A stretch of DNA of 64,000 bases from Escherichia phage vB_Eco_F26: the sequence record OP870145.1; one strand, written 5' to 3'. The notes under the pieces were generated by a model. It did no database searches and was not told the DNA's origin. It saw nothing but the letters and a program-made list of their open reading frames with translations. A program made the position numbers and the translations under genes. Every line of letters starts with the position of its first letter. Positions within the stretch are counted from its first letter, which is position 1. This document shows positions 39,527 to 49,426 of this stretch, in pieces.

Positions 39527-39853
39527 TTATACCTTAGTAATTTTCAGGTCTGCAAATTTTTTCTTGCGTTGATTTTTCATGCGACGAATAGTCTTATCGG
39601 AAATTTCATGCTTTTGATAAGCTTTAGATTCTACACCAAAAGCTTTAACATCAAATTCTGACAAGATATATTGAACCAACAATTCACGGACAGTATTGCG
39701 TCCAATCTTCTGATCATTCTGTTTCATCGTCTGATGAAGCTCTTTTTCCCATTTATCCAAAATTTGAGGAGTTACAATATCGCCTTTTTCTAGCAAAGAA
39801 ACTACTTTATCATATGCGTAAGAATTAATGACGTTTTTAATTTGAATAGTCAT
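39527..39853 (-). CDS. hypothetical protein (108 aa)
   Basis: ORF. Confidence 0.4.
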   Translation of the reverse strand: MTIQIKNVINSYAYDKVVSLLEKGDIVTPQILDKWEKELHQTMKQNDQKIGRNTVRELLVQYILSEFDVKAFGVESKAYQKHEISDKTIRRMKNQRKKKFADLKITKV

Positions 39854-39905
39854 ACATTATCCTCAATTACGTTAAAATTTTATTATCCAAAAAGGGCCGA
39901 AGCCC

Positions 39906-40106
39906 TTAGCTAAACTTTTTGGCACCCTTCCAGCCTTCGTACATCATTGCTACTGACAATGACAAAGCTCCTTCACATGCTGCATACTTATTATTCCAGA
40001 ACCAATTTAGAAAAACTTCATCCTCAATACCATTGTGTTTCATGTTCTGGAAAAATTTGGCGCGTTCTTCAGCAATTCGCTGCGATAATTTAGATTCAGG
40101 ATTCAT
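39906..40106 (-). CDS. hypothetical protein (66 aa)
   Basis: ORF; GC hairpin immediately 3'. Confidence 0.4.
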   Translation of the reverse strand: MNPESKLSQRIAEERAKFFQNMKHNGIEDEVFLNWFWNNKYAACEGALSLSVAMMYEGWKGAKKFS

Positions 40107-40115
40107 TTAAATTTT

Positions 40116-40322
40116 TCAGTTACCGTTTTCATCAATAAATTTAATCCAGTCATTTACTGACCACTTAGTTGTATCGCCTTTTGGAGTAACATTTAAAGTG
40201 TATAACCCTTGTTTAAAAAGCATTCGTTTGATATTCATATTTTCCTCAGCTGTAACGATAGCACTCGTTTGATTTACGCTTAGCAACTCGTTGAGAAGTA
40301 TTATAATCAAAATCATCGTCAA
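40116..40322 (-). CDS. hypothetical protein (68 aa or shorter)
   Basis: ORF overlapping next. Confidence 0.35.
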   Translation of the reverse strand: MTMILIIILLNELLSVNQTSAIVTAEENMNIKRMLFKQGLYTLNVTPKGDTTKWSVNDWIKFIDENGN

Positions 40323-40584
40323 TGTAAACTGATTTTTTCAACTTTCTTACTTCACCGCGTAATTGACGATTTAACTCATCTTTAACTTCTGAATCAATAC
40401 CTTTCATTCTACGCCATTTATCTGAGCGAAAAATGTTTTCAACCATATCTTTATGATTTACACCATCAGGAGCTTTACGCTTTCCGAAATAGTCATAATC
40501 ACGCACTTTTAAGTCTTTACGACGATACGTTTTACCCATGGAGTTTAATTTCCTTAGCAACTGAACTAAATACAGCACGGTCAC
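40246..40584 (-). CDS. hypothetical basic protein (112 aa)
   Basis: ORF. Confidence 0.4.
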   Translation of the reverse strand: MTVLYLVQLLRKLNSMGKTYRRKDLKVRDYDYFGKRKAPDGVNHKDMVENIFRSDKWRRMKGIDSEVKDELNRQLRGEVRKLKKSVYIDDDFDYNTSQRVAKRKSNECYRYS

Positions 40585-40714
40585 AAATCATCTGTTTATG
40601 TAACTTGAGTATAAGATAATAAACTTCAAAACCGTTTACATAAGTAACACGAACAACATTACCATTAATAAAATAATACTGTCCCTTTTTAATTTCTTTA
40701 TCAACCACAACCAT
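40532..40714 (-). CDS. hypothetical protein (60 aa)
   Basis: ORF downstream of early promoter 40745-40774. Confidence 0.4.
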   Translation of the reverse strand: MVVVDKEIKKGQYYFINGNVVRVTYVNGFEVYYLILKLHKQMICDRAVFSSVAKEIKLHG

Positions 40715-40744
40715 ATCAATTCCTCAAAGGCAATTCATATGTTA

Positions 40745-40774
40745 ATAATACCACAGTTTGAACTTCTTGTAAAC
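40745..40774 (-). promoter_or_regulatory. T4-type early promoter (GTTTAC-N18-TATTAT)
   Basis: Minus-strand GTTTAC 40769-40774. Confidence 0.5.
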
Positions 40775-40872
40775 AACTTTGTGAAAAATATTTTAGGGAA
40801 TGACAAGAAGGGAACGATAGCTTAGAATGGTAATATACAGAATGTGAGAAAGAAAGGCCCAGAGGGCCCGCC

Positions 40873-41205
40873 TTAGTCTTCTATGATATCTCTATCATAT
40901 CCAAGTGAAATGAGAGTTTCTTTGAAGTGTTTAATGTTCTTTTGTCTAGAATCATTGATGAAAATGACTGGATAACGAATGTTAAGAGATGTGAATCCAG
41001 CGCGTTTAGCAAGAGATACAATCAGTGGACGATCATACTCAATCTTACCATTATTTGTAAGAACTTTATAGAAAGTAAAAGGAGCATTAAGCTCCTTTAG
41101 AAGTTTTGTAACTGATTGACATCCAGGACAACGACCTACTTCATCTGGAATTCCATAGACTTCAATCTTATTCTTTAAGTTCGAGTTTTGTTCCACGAGA
41201 AATAA
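40873..41205 (-). CDS. nrdH: NrdH-like glutaredoxin (about 110 aa; start probably GTG near 41205)
   Basis: CPGC redox motif (GRCPGCQSV); ORF-track N-terminal extension overlaps upstream gene. Confidence 0.55.
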   Translation of the reverse strand, partial: LFLVEQNSNLKNKIEVYGIPDEVGRCPGCQSVTKLLKELNAPFTFYKVLTNNGKIEYDRPLIVSLAKRAGFTSLNIRYPVIFINDSRQKNIKHFKETLISLGYDRDIIED

Positions 41206-41479
41206 TTCCTTGGTAAGCCCAATAAGGAGGATTAACAGAATCCTCACCAGAGTTTTCTTCAGGAAAATAAACCTGGATAACGAAACCGGATTCATCAAAG
41301 GTAAAATAAACCGTAGGCAGTTCACCTAACAATTCGGCACGAGCATTAATTTCTTCGAGATCTCGTTCACGTCCAGCCCAAAAACTAGGATTTAGACTAC
41401 ATTCGTAAAAATAATAGTCATTACCGAACATATCAAAACCCTTCCAACTCTCGACCACATACCGCTCAAAACTAATCAT
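41168..41479 (-). CDS. hypothetical protein (103 aa)
   Basis: ORF. Confidence 0.45.
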   Translation of the reverse strand: MISFERYVVESWKGFDMFGNDYYFYECSLNPSFWAGRERDLEEINARAELLGELPTVYFTFDESGFVIQVYFPEENSGEDSVNPPYWAYQGIISRGTKLELKE

Positions 41480-41481
41480 AA

Positions 41482-41697
41482 TTAAGCCTTTTTATCAAGA
41501 ACAGAATTCAGCTTGTTAGTAATTTTATCCAGACGCCCATTGAATTCACTAGAAGATAAGCCCTTTTCTGGAGAAATTAAACTAATCACGAAAAATATAG
41601 CAATAAAAGGAATAAGGAAAATAGCTCCAACTGCCATAAACAGAAAGAATGTTACAGTTGTAAGAAAATCAGCTAAACCTTTACGAAATTTATACAT
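41482..41697 (-). CDS. small membrane protein (71 aa)
   Basis: Hydrophobic TM segment FLFMAVGAIFLIPFIAIFFVISLI. Confidence 0.4.
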   Translation of the reverse strand: MYKFRKGLADFLTTVTFFLFMAVGAIFLIPFIAIFFVISLISPEKGLSSSEFNGRLDKITNKLNSVLDKKA

Positions 41698-41812
41698 ATT
41701 TTACCCTTAATTGATTAACCAAGCATTGATAAGCACTAAACTATACTGTGAATAAAATTCTGGACCAAAATGAAAAATCATATCATTTATAGTATCCATA
41801 ATGTAATTCAAT

Positions 41813-42283
41813 TTAATCATGTTTCCACACCCCATCGGTATTTGACCAAAGCCGCTGATTATCTGATCCTCTCCACAGCTTTTTAGTCGGAAGATTTTTC
41901 TCATACTTCCCATCAATAATAACATCAACATATTTAAGCATTTCTAGTTGTTTAATATCTTCAAACTTATATCCTGTCCACAACCAAATGCTTTTATTGG
42001 GATAAAGATTTTTTACTGTTTGAACGATGCAATGAATCACGTCTCTGTTATCAGGATAAAGAGGGTCACCTCCGGTTATAGTTAATCCTTCTATATAATC
42101 ATTATTCAAACATTCAATTAATTGTTCTAGTGTTTCACCAGTGAATGGAACGCCATTTCTAGCATTCCATGTTGATTTATTATAACACCCTTCGCATTTA
42201 TGCAAACAACCTGTAACGAAAAGAACGGTCCTGCATCCAGGACCATTAACAAAGCAGCACGGGTATATTCTGTCATAATTCAT
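41813..42283 (-). CDS. nrdG: anaerobic ribonucleotide reductase activating protein, radical SAM (156 aa from MNYDRIYP)
   Basis: Radical-SAM cysteine cluster CLHKCEGC. Confidence 0.8.
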   Translation of the reverse strand: MNYDRIYPCCFVNGPGCRTVLFVTGCLHKCEGCYNKSTWNARNGVPFTGETLEQLIECLNNDYIEGLTITGGDPLYPDNRDVIHCIVQTVKNLYPNKSIWLWTGYKFEDIKQLEMLKYVDVIIDGKYEKNLPTKKLWRGSDNQRLWSNTDGVWKHD

Positions 42284-43110
42284 AATAATATCCAATTTTT
42301 CCAAGCTTCATCAGTAGAATTACAGCGTTTTAGTATAAGATGTCTAGAAACTTTTATGGCATTTGAGCACTTTTTAATTGAATCATATTTAATACCGTCA
42401 ACTGAAACGGTTTTGCTAGTTGGAGAAATTTTTCCATACATTGGATTTTTTGAACCAACTTGAAGTCCTTTTAAAGCTTTTGAAAGCTTTTGTCTAGATT
42501 CCAATGACATGGGAGAATTCTTTTTACCTTCAATAATTCGCTTGCGATGAAGTTCGCGTTCTTCTTCACTCAAAGAATTGTAATATTTTTTAACACCGTT
42601 TGATATAGATAATTTATCTTTCTCAGACCGCTCTCCAGCTAATTTACTTCTAACATCTTTTCGCTTCATAGCTATGCTTACAGCTTTATTTAAATTTGCT
42701 TGATGCTCTGGCGTACGTTTATATTTCTTTAAAGCACGTGAAATAGCTATTTTAGTTTCTTCTGTTCTCTTTTTACCTTTATTTGCTAAACTATTTTTGC
42801 GGCGATGCTCAAGTGTCTGTTCATAGGCAGTTCCACCTTTTCCACCAGGTTTAATATTATATGTGTTTTCTTTTAGACAATACTCTTCGGTTACAAGTTC
42901 AGCTTCTTTATCATACATTTGTTTTTCATTATCAAAAACATGTAAAATTTCTTTATTAAAATTTTTTCTACCATATTTTAATAAAGCGGCACGAATCAAT
43001 GTTCCTGATCCCATATAACCGTCATTTATGTTATCGGTGCTATGCGCACCGATATATTCCTTTGAATTAATTATATTTGTTATTTTATAAATTATATAAT
43101 ACCTATGCAT
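42280..43110 (-). mobile_element. GIY-YIG homing endonuclease (276 aa) between nrdG and nrdD
   Basis: N-terminal YYIIYKITN...KEYIGAHS motif; basic C-terminal region. Confidence 0.65.
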
Positions 43111-44434
43111 GTTTTACTCGTTTTACCATTTCTTTCATTTTACCTAAATTCCATGGAACAACGCTAGGAGTTCCAAGATATCCGCATGTTCTTCTTATTG
43201 TGTTCATCTTTTTAGGATCAGTTTCTCCACAAATAGAACAAACAAATCCGTTTTCAGTAGGAGTCATTTCATGGGTACTTCCACATGTAAAACATTTATC
43301 TACTGGCATATTAACACCAAAATAATCTAAATGTTGTGCAGCATAATCCCATACGGCCTCAAGGCCTTTCAAGTTATTTTTCATATCAGGAAGTTCAACA
43401 TAAGAAATGTGACCACCTGTCGCAATGAAATGATACGGAGCTTCGCGAGAAATCTTTTCAAACGGAGTAATATTTTCTTCTACTGAAACGTGGAAACTGT
43501 TAGTGTACCAGCCTTTATCGGTAACATCTTTTACACTTCCATATTTTTCGGTATCAAGTTTACAGAAGCGATAGCACAGGTTTTCAGCAGGAGTAGAATA
43601 CAAACTAAAAGCAAAACCGGTTCTTTCAGTCCACTGCTTAAGACGAGCATTCATTTTAGTCAAAATTTCCTGTCCAATATCACGACCGACAAGAATATTC
43701 AATTCGTGAATACCAATGTATCCTAGGGATACTGAACTTCTACCGTTTTTAAATAACTCAATTATGTCATCATCAGGTTTAAGACGAACCCCGAATGCAC
43801 CTTCTTGGTAAAGAATAGGAGCAACAGTAGCTTTAACTCCTTTTAAGGAACTAATTCTACACATCAAAGCTTCAAAACACAGGTCCATTCGCTCGTCGAA
43901 CAATTCAGTAAATTTCTGTTCATTGAACTGTGTTCCAATATAAGAATCTAACGCGATGCGAGGAAGATTCAGTGTTACAACGCCAAGATTATTACGACCG
44001 TCAAGAATTTCATTACCGGTCGAATCTTTCCATACGCTCAAGAAACTACGGCAGCCCATTGGAGAAACTGGAACTGAAGAACCAGTGATAGCTTTATTGT
44101 TCTTAGCTGAAATAATATCAGGATACATTCTTTTGCTTGCACATTCTAACGCAAGTTGTTTAATATCATAGTTTGGATCATCTTTATAAAGATTAACACC
44201 TTCTTCAACAAACATAACAAGTTTAGGAAAAATAGGAGTTATTCCATCACGACCAAGACCTTTAATGCGGTTTTTAAGAATTGCCTTCTGAATCATTCGT
44301 TCGGTCCAATCGGTTCCTGTACCAAATGTAATTGTTACAAAAGGCGTTTGTCCGTTTGAACTAAAAAGAGTATTTACTTCATCATTATATTCAGCATGAG
44401 TCGCAAATTCATGCCCGTTTATATGAAACAACAA
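43103..44434 (-). CDS. nrdD: anaerobic ribonucleotide reductase NrdD, exon 2 (glycyl-radical C-terminal part); exact 3' splice site not determined
   Basis: Glycyl radical motif RRTCGYLG near C-terminus; CxxC pairs; ORF-track N-terminus probably includes intron-derived codons. Confidence 0.8.
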   Translation of the reverse strand: MLFHINGHEFATHAEYNDEVNTLFSSNGQTPFVTITFGTGTDWTERMIQKAILKNRIKGLGRDGITPIFPKLVMFVEEGVNLYKDDPNYDIKQLALECASKRMYPDIISAKNNKAITGSSVPVSPMGCRSFLSVWKDSTGNEILDGRNNLGVVTLNLPRIALDSYIGTQFNEQKFTELFDERMDLCFEALMCRISSLKGVKATVAPILYQEGAFGVRLKPDDDIIELFKNGRSSVSLGYIGIHELNILVGRDIGQEILTKMNARLKQWTERTGFAFSLYSTPAENLCYRFCKLDTEKYGSVKDVTDKGWYTNSFHVSVEENITPFEKISREAPYHFIATGGHISYVELPDMKNNLKGLEAVWDYAAQHLDYFGVNMPVDKCFTCGSTHEMTPTENGFVCSICGETDPKKMNTIRRTCGYLGTPSVVPWNLGKMKEMVKRVKHA

Positions 44435-45430
44435 AATTTGGATAGTCCATAGATATGCAACGTTCTTTTATAGCGCTAGGATGAAAATTTAGCGCTTTAG
44501 CTGCTTCTATATAAGACGTATACTTAATACCGTCAACAACCACATATTCAGGAACTTTATGAATAGTAGTCTTAATACTCAAAACAAGAGGATGAGTTTC
44601 GACTTCACTTTCAGTGCAATTTAAATATTCCGCTGCTTTTTTAAAACTTCTAAAAGTTTTATTTTTAAGCTTTATCGATACTTGTTTTTTACTTTTTCGA
44701 CTATTGATATTATTTTGCACATGTTCCTTAGATCTTCCGTTTTTAGCATAATATTCAGCTACAGAAGATTTTATATTGTTTTTATGAGATTCGGATAACA
44801 CTTTACCCTTATGAGCATCTCTTAATTTTTGAATATGTTCTTCAGTATCCGGATGCTTATAAAACTTTTTACCGCCTATGGATTTATTTAAACATTTTTT
44901 GCTATAAAAATATTTACGTATGACCTCTTCTTCATGTTTTAATGCATCTTTATAACTATCAAATGTTTTTAAAATTATCCATTTAGTAGGTGTATCAGTT
45001 TTTAAGCGTTCATTTATATACTTAGATGACGTTGTGTAAGTTTTCCAGTTTGTGGGCTTGTTTTTAATTGTTCTAAATTTTTTATAACCGATATAAATGT
45101 CGCCATTAGAAAACTTAACTAAGTATGTAAATGCGTCTTTATCTTTTATTTTAGTACAACGTCTTTTTATCCATTTCATTGTTTCACCTCGTATTCATAA
45201 GATAATCTTATTTATACAAGATGACTGCTGCATGTCGCCATGCAGATTAGACTATATCTTCATCTTTCGATGCCGGCCGTTTCGAATAGCATTAGCTTCT
45301 ATTCTACACCGCTACATTCATCACGGTTAGTCGTTAGGCATTTAGTTCAAAAGAACATTTAGCACGGGATTGTCTACTAGAGAGGTTCCCCGTTTAGACC
45401 GGTTTTACATGAGCCTGAATTAAATTAACT
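44380..45430 (-). other. group I intron in nrdD (approximate boundaries) carrying an endonuclease ORF
   Basis: nrdD reading frame interrupted by about 1 kb containing a GIY-YIG ORF and 240 nt of non-coding structured sequence (45180-45420); exon lengths sum to about 605 aa only if about 1.0 kb is removed. Confidence 0.6.
44409..45179 (-). mobile_element. intron-encoded GIY-YIG endonuclease (256 aa), I-TevII-like
   Basis: N-terminal FTYLVKFSNGDIYIGYKK motif; located inside nrdD intron. Confidence 0.65.
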
Positions 45431-45965
45431 CATACGCCTGGAATGCATCGTATACGTCTTTTTCTGTTTTAGATTGAGCATAATTCAACGCATCAGCGAT
45501 TTGCCATTTTTCTGCATCCTCAATATGTTTTGCATAGGTGCGTTTAACATAAGGAGAAAGTACTTTATCTACATTCGCAAAAGTCGTTCCGCCGTATTGG
45601 TGAGAAGCAACCTGTGCAGTAATTTGTGCCATAATTGCAGTAGCAACACCGATTGATTTAGGAGTTTCAATCTGTGCATTACCGAGCTTAAATCCGTTCT
45701 CAAGCATTCCTTTTAAATCTACTAAACAGCAATTAGTAAAAGGCAATGATATACTGTAATCTAAATCATGAAAATGAATTAATCCAACATTATGGGCATT
45801 TACAATATGACTTGGAAGAATACGACAAGCGATATGTTTAGAAACAATACCGGCCATTAAATCTCTTTTTGTTGGAAAGACGCGAGAATCTTTGTTGGCG
45901 TTTTCTGTATTTAATTCTTTATCTTTATTTGAAATAAAATTTAAAACATCTTTCTCTAAAGACAT
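45420..45965 (-). CDS. nrdD: anaerobic ribonucleotide reductase NrdD, exon 1 (181 codons in ORF track; last codons may be intronic)
   Basis: N-terminal part of class III RNR, in-frame stop at 45420 inside intron. Confidence 0.7.
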   Translation of the reverse strand: MSLEKDVLNFISNKDKELNTENANKDSRVFPTKRDLMAGIVSKHIACRILPSHIVNAHNVGLIHFHDLDYSISLPFTNCCLVDLKGMLENGFKLGNAQIETPKSIGVATAIMAQITAQVASHQYGGTTFANVDKVLSPYVKRTYAKHIEDAEKWQIADALNYAQSKTEKDVYDAFQAYELI

Positions 45966-46777
45966 AATTCTAATTTATCCTTTTGAAATTCTTCGTCTAA
46001 ATATGGGTTCCAACCCATTTTAAACCTTTTGATGAAATTATCAATTCTAAATTTCGGTAAGTTTAAATCCGCAAAAATAGATGATTTACTTTTAAAATCT
46101 GGACCTAAATAATCATATAAAATTTCTGCGTATTTTAACCATAATATATAAGTACCAGATTTAATTGCTCTCGGAGTTTTCCAAGGTTTTACACCATACA
46201 TCGGATTTCCACTTCCTTTATGCCTGATAGAAGATGAAATTCCAATTTTAATTTTAGCTTCCTTTGTGTGCGAAAATCCATGATGCGGATTTTCTTTCCA
46301 GTATTTTTTAGAAGCTTCTGATATTTTCTTTCTGGCTAAATTAGTATGATGCTTTCCATAAAATCCATGATTTTTACCTTTATTACGATTTCTTTTAATC
46401 ATGGTTATTGATTGCTTTTCTCTAGTTTCTTTAGAAGGAGAAATACCATACGTTGTAAATTGACCGTTAGCATATGCTAAATTGAAATACTCTTTATTCC
46501 ATATATCTTTTTCTATATTCTTTTGAAATTCAGCTTCAATGCTAGTTATTTGTTCATCTCCGACTAATTGAAAATATAATATTTCAACTTTCGGCGTTTC
46601 TTTCAATAGAGCTTTTTGAAATTCAGAAGATGACGAAGACGAATAATAAAATTTACCATTTTTATCAATAATATTCGTTCCATCAAAAGTGCAATTAGTT
46701 TTACTTCCAATGTAATAATATGGCGGGGTTTTAGCATTAATTCTATTAATAAATGATAGTTTATATACTACATTCAT
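45956..46777 (-). mobile_element. GIY-YIG-like endonuclease with NUMOD3 repeats (273 aa) between nrdD and gene 49
   Basis: VVYKL...PPYYYIGSK N-terminus; repeats GKNHGFYGKHHT, HHGFSHTKEAK, GSGNPMYGV. Confidence 0.6.
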
Positions 46778-47247
46778 TTTAAACTCTTTCTAAGCTGCTT
46801 CTTAAATGAAGCTATTAACTGTGTTTTAGTGTCAGATTCATTATATTCAAATCCTCTTTGAAGCATCTCAGCCATCATTTCCTCTTTTCCTAAACGAGAA
46901 AATTCCTTTGATTTATCTCCAACGAAGTTAGGGTGAATATTATTTTGGGTGTAATCGGATTTTAAATAAGTAAGTAAATTTTCTAACCATTCAAGATAAT
47001 CAACACCTTGTCCCTTTAAGCCAGAACGATTAAATTTATGCTTCATTTGACCTTCTGCGGCATTGCAGAGATTACAAAGCAATCCACGTACCTTTCCTGC
47101 TTTTGGTCCATTTAATTCATGGTCATGGTCGAGGTGATTAGCTTGAACATCAGGATTTAGTTCTCGTTGGCAAATTAAGCATTTACCATTTTGTGCATCA
47201 TAAAATTTCTGTTTTTCTTTTTTATATAATTTGCCAGTCAATAACAT
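46774..47247 (-). CDS. 49: endonuclease VII (Holliday junction resolvase), 157 aa
   Basis: Zinc-binding CLICQ...HLDHDH motif; 157 aa. Confidence 0.8.
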   Translation of the reverse strand: MLLTGKLYKKEKQKFYDAQNGKCLICQRELNPDVQANHLDHDHELNGPKAGKVRGLLCNLCNAAEGQMKHKFNRSGLKGQGVDYLEWLENLLTYLKSDYTQNNIHPNFVGDKSKEFSRLGKEEMMAEMLQRGFEYNESDTKTQLIASFKKQLRKSLK

Positions 47248-47288
47248 AATAAACCCTTACCTTAAATAGATAAGGGTATTTATTATTT

Positions 47289-47774
47289 TCAAGTATTGTA
47301 AAACATTTGATTCAATCGCTTATATTGCCGAATCTTTTGGTCAGAAAAAGAAATTTGAGTTTCAAGCCATTCAATGTACTCTGCGGCAGCTTGCATCAGG
47401 TTACCTTCATAGCCATCGTTATTTTCTTGTGCAGCTAATTTAGCTAATGCGTATGAAATACGTTCACCTTGAAAAGCGGCTTTAGGTTTATGAATAGCTT
47501 GATCAACTCGTTCTACGACTTCTTCAATTTCGCCATTTTCTACTGATTCAGTATTCCATAAGCACCAATACGTAATTGGCTTATCGTAGATGTTAATAAT
47601 CTTTCCGTCGGAAAGTTCAATTTCAATAATTCCAGTATCAGGTTCTATATCATCTTCACATTCTTTTGCAAGTTCACGAACTTTAAAGACAGTACCTGCG
47701 CTAAGTTCCGGCCAGTAATTACATAGCCCTGTATCAGCACGATTAATTCTAAACCACTTATCTACTGTAATCAT
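47289..47774 (-). CDS. hypothetical protein (161 aa from MITVDKW), Pin-like position
   Basis: ORF; name from synteny only. Confidence 0.4.
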   Translation of the reverse strand: MITVDKWFRINRADTGLCNYWPELSAGTVFKVRELAKECEDDIEPDTGIIEIELSDGKIINIYDKPITYWCLWNTESVENGEIEEVVERVDQAIHKPKAAFQGERISYALAKLAAQENNDGYEGNLMQAAAEYIEWLETQISFSDQKIRQYKRLNQMFYNT

Positions 47775-47897
47775 GTCCCATCTCCATATCAATTAAGTCA
47801 TTTATTGTTGGTTCATTATATACTATTTCTTCATCAGTGTAAACCGGTTCTTCCGGCTCTGGCTCTACAGTTTCCCATCTAGCCGCCCACCAAGGTT

Positions 47898-48218
47898 TTA
47901 TAGCGTAATCCATTCTCGTACTATCTGAGTTACTACACGTTCACGGGGCTCGACTAGTTCAACAGTCGGAACTGCATAATACCAGTCAGAATGATAAGAA
48001 CCTGACAGAGATTCATTTACCGCTACATGTACATTATGTTTTGGACTAAAGTAAACACACTGACGATATTGGCATTTACCATCTTGCACCCAGTCTTCTA
48101 TTTCGATAGGTTTAAGATAATCCGAAAAATCGAAATCATAATTTTCTGAAAATGCATCATGGTCTTCAATGATTTCACTAAGAACTGCATCAACATCTAA
48201 TTTATTTTCAATATTCAT
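47898..48218 (-). CDS. hypothetical protein (106 aa)
   Basis: ORF. Confidence 0.4.
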   Translation of the reverse strand: MNIENKLDVDAVLSEIIEDHDAFSENYDFDFSDYLKPIEIEDWVQDGKCQYRQCVYFSPKHNVHVAVNESLSGSYHSDWYYAVPTVELVEPRERVVTQIVREWITL

Positions 48219-48228
48219 TTTTCACCAC

Positions 48229-48618
48229 TTAATTTCGCAATTTATTAAGTTCTTCATAATCAATCCAGGATTCTAGTCCTGATGGCAGGTCACATTCAAT
48301 TTCCCAAAGAAGTTCTTCAATTTTATGAAGACGATCTAGTTCTTCAGCAGGAATAGTAACCATTGACGGAGCTCTTGCTACATTAATATCGTAAATCATA
48401 TTTACCCCCAGTTTGACCATACAATCGCCGTATTTCCACTTAGAAATAGACTTTTCACCATTAGAATAATAAACTTCAAGTTTAGCACGATTATTTTTAA
48501 TTTGAATAACCTTTGCTGTCATCAAAGTTCCATACCCATAATAAACTGCAACTTCATCACCTACATATACCGCGCTTCCGCGGTAATCGTGAATATAGTC
48601 AGTTCCTTCGAGCATCAT
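48229..48618 (-). CDS. hypothetical protein (129 aa)
   Basis: ORF. Confidence 0.4.
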   Translation of the reverse strand: MMLEGTDYIHDYRGSAVYVGDEVAVYYGYGTLMTAKVIQIKNNRAKLEVYYSNGEKSISKWKYGDCMVKLGVNMIYDINVARAPSMVTIPAEELDRLHKIEELLWEIECDLPSGLESWIDYEELNKLRN

Positions 48619-48878
48619 TTAAAATATTCTCGCAGTTGGTCAAATCCACCAATATGACTTCCATCAGGAGCAAATACCTGGGGCATTGTCAAGCCGATTT
48701 GAGTATCACGACCTAGTTTAGTCAGAAGCTCAGCGATTTTCTCATCATCAAAAACACCTTTTTCCGGCATAATGTTGATAAATTCAAACGGCTGTTTCTT
48801 CACGGTCAAAAGACGTTTTGCATTATCACAATACACGCATTTATGAATGTTGCTATCATAACCATATACTTTAAACAT
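48615..48878 (-). CDS. nrdC: thioredoxin/glutaredoxin NrdC (87 aa)
   Basis: CVYC active site (MFKVYGYDSNIHKCVYCDNAKRLL); 87 aa. Confidence 0.85.
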   Translation of the reverse strand: MFKVYGYDSNIHKCVYCDNAKRLLTVKKQPFEFINIMPEKGVFDDEKIAELLTKLGRDTQIGLTMPQVFAPDGSHIGGFDQLREYFK

Positions 48879-48879
48879 A

Positions 48880-49137
48880 TTATTCCTTAATTCCTAGTAC
48901 TTGTTTAAAAGTCTCGTCGTAATCAAGACTTTGGCCCGTTTGTTCTTTATGTTTGTATATAATATCACTTACTTCTAATAGCATATTTTTATATGAACGA
49001 GTTAAAGCAGATTTAAGCACGCTGTATCTATCAGGAAATTTACCATGTTCATTATAATAAGCTATTGCTAATTCACGGACTGCCTTTTCAGCAGTCTCCA
49101 TATATTCTTTACGCTTGGCCATTTTCTTCTCTCTCAA
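48880..49137 (-). CDS. hypothetical protein (85 aa)
   Basis: ORF. Confidence 0.4.
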   Translation of the reverse strand: MREKKMAKRKEYMETAEKAVRELAIAYYNEHGKFPDRYSVLKSALTRSYKNMLLEVSDIIYKHKEQTGQSLDYDETFKQVLGIKE

Positions 49138-49426
49138 ATCGGTGTTTGCAATGACGACATTTATAACGAAGAATACTAGTCTGCCAATGAATCAATTGAA
49201 CCTGTTCAGTACCACATTTTGGGCAGTTCGGAACATTCTTAGAAGCCCTTTCGCGGCGTTCAACCATAACCATAATGGCATCCCAAGCAGGAGGTTTAAA
49301 GTCTAAATCGTCACAACCATGAATCTTTCCACGCATTTCCAGATCGTCTTCTTCACCAGCCATAATAATTTTAATTAGACTAGAATTACTTGAAGCTACA
49401 ATGTCTTCTAATAGACGCTTTTTCAT
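49109..49426 (-). CDS. zinc-ribbon protein (105 aa)
   Basis: CPKCG...CRHCKH four-cysteine ribbon. Confidence 0.45.
   Translation of the reverse strand: MKKRLLEDIVASSNSSLIKIIMAGEEDDLEMRGKIHGCDDLDFKPPAWDAIMVMVERRERASKNVPNCPKCGTEQVQLIHWQTSILRYKCRHCKHRFEREENGQA

Noticed and set aside
41206-41325. N-terminal 40 residues of the 150-aa ORF annotated over nrdH
   Set aside because: This part overlaps the C-terminus of ORF 41168-41479 in another frame and has no glutaredoxin similarity; nrdH more likely starts at an internal GTG/TTG near 41205.
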